The notes below the pieces were generated by a model. That model did not search any database, was not told the origin of the DNA, and worked only from the letters and a program-made list of their open reading frames with translations. Source: Paramecium tetraurelia (lineage: Eukaryota). Taken from it: a stretch of DNA of 64,000 bases. The translations under genes and the position numbers were made by a program. Within the stretch, counting starts at the first letter, position 1. Every line of letters begins with the position of its first letter. Positions 63,263 through 64,000 of this stretch are shown in pieces. The stretch spans positions 1-64,000 of the forward strand of contig CT868059.1 of the NCBI GenBank assembly GCA_000165425.1, written 5' to 3'.

Positions 63263-64000
63263 CTCTCGATTAAGATTTTATGTAAAATAAATTATATATA
63301 GCTTATTTAGAACAACTTTGATGAAAAATAAAAATCAAAGAATTGGCACTAAATAATTAACAATATTAAAGATTCAATAAATTTTGACAAATAACATTTC
63401 CAAATATATAAATCCCAAGTTACCGTTGAATCTTAAAGGATGAATTCAAAATCAAATTCCAAATCAATCAAAGTACTATTTATGTATTACACTTTTATTG
63501 ATGGAAAGTCTTAGTGAATTATATCTACAAATTTATTCATATTTTCACAATTAATTTTTCGTTCGACCATCTATCCTATCAATTAAATAGATTAGAGAGT
63601 TATTGAATTTTTTCTTTATTTTCAAGAATAATATCATTATGATTAAATTTATTTAAGCGCATTTTGTGGGTTTAGAAAGTATGTGATATAGATATTAAAA
63701 GGAATATAAGAAGGATAAAAGTAAGCTTTAAAGGTTTATAAAAATCTTTTATTAAGTTATAAATATTGTATCTGAAAGTAGTAAAAATATGAATGTTATT
63801 GAATTAATAAATTTATAATATATAAAATTATTGATCATAAATCAGAATAAGAGAGATAGAAATCTCTTATTCCCCAATTAATAGAGATACTATCAATTGA
63901 TAAGATTAAAAATAAGTTATCATTGGTATGTACAATGATATCATCAAATGAATAAGGCTTACTTAATATTGAAGTTTGACAATATTAATCGTTTATCAAT

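Noticed and set aside
63300..64000. Possible gene at the right edge
   Set aside because: No supportable frame or motif within the window

Overview
Left end of a ciliate macronuclear chromosome, most likely Paramecium. Evidence: mixed CCCAAA/CCCCAA telomere at 6-78, very high AT content, tiny ~23-37 nt GT..AG introns, and genetic code 6 (TAA/TAG = Gln, TGA = stop). The supplied standard-code ORF track therefore only shows fragments, and all gene models below were read by hand in code 6. The window holds about 38 densely packed protein genes, one tRNA-Val(UAC) and two box C/D snoRNAs. Most notable: (1) a telomere-adjacent TPR gene built from 16 frame-symmetric 102-nt exon cassettes, one TPR per exon; (2) a ~2,730-aa pseudokinase / poly-EF-hand / Q-P-rich / nephrocystin-1-like fusion protein; (3) a tiny secreted knottin-like 8-Cys peptide; (4) a snoRNA pair with an unusual guide combination; (5) a divergent Rab with an apparently exonised intron in switch I; (6) extreme gene packing, including an ATGA stop/start overlap and head-to-head ATGs 8-15 nt apart. 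All homology calls come from motif recognition, not database searches.
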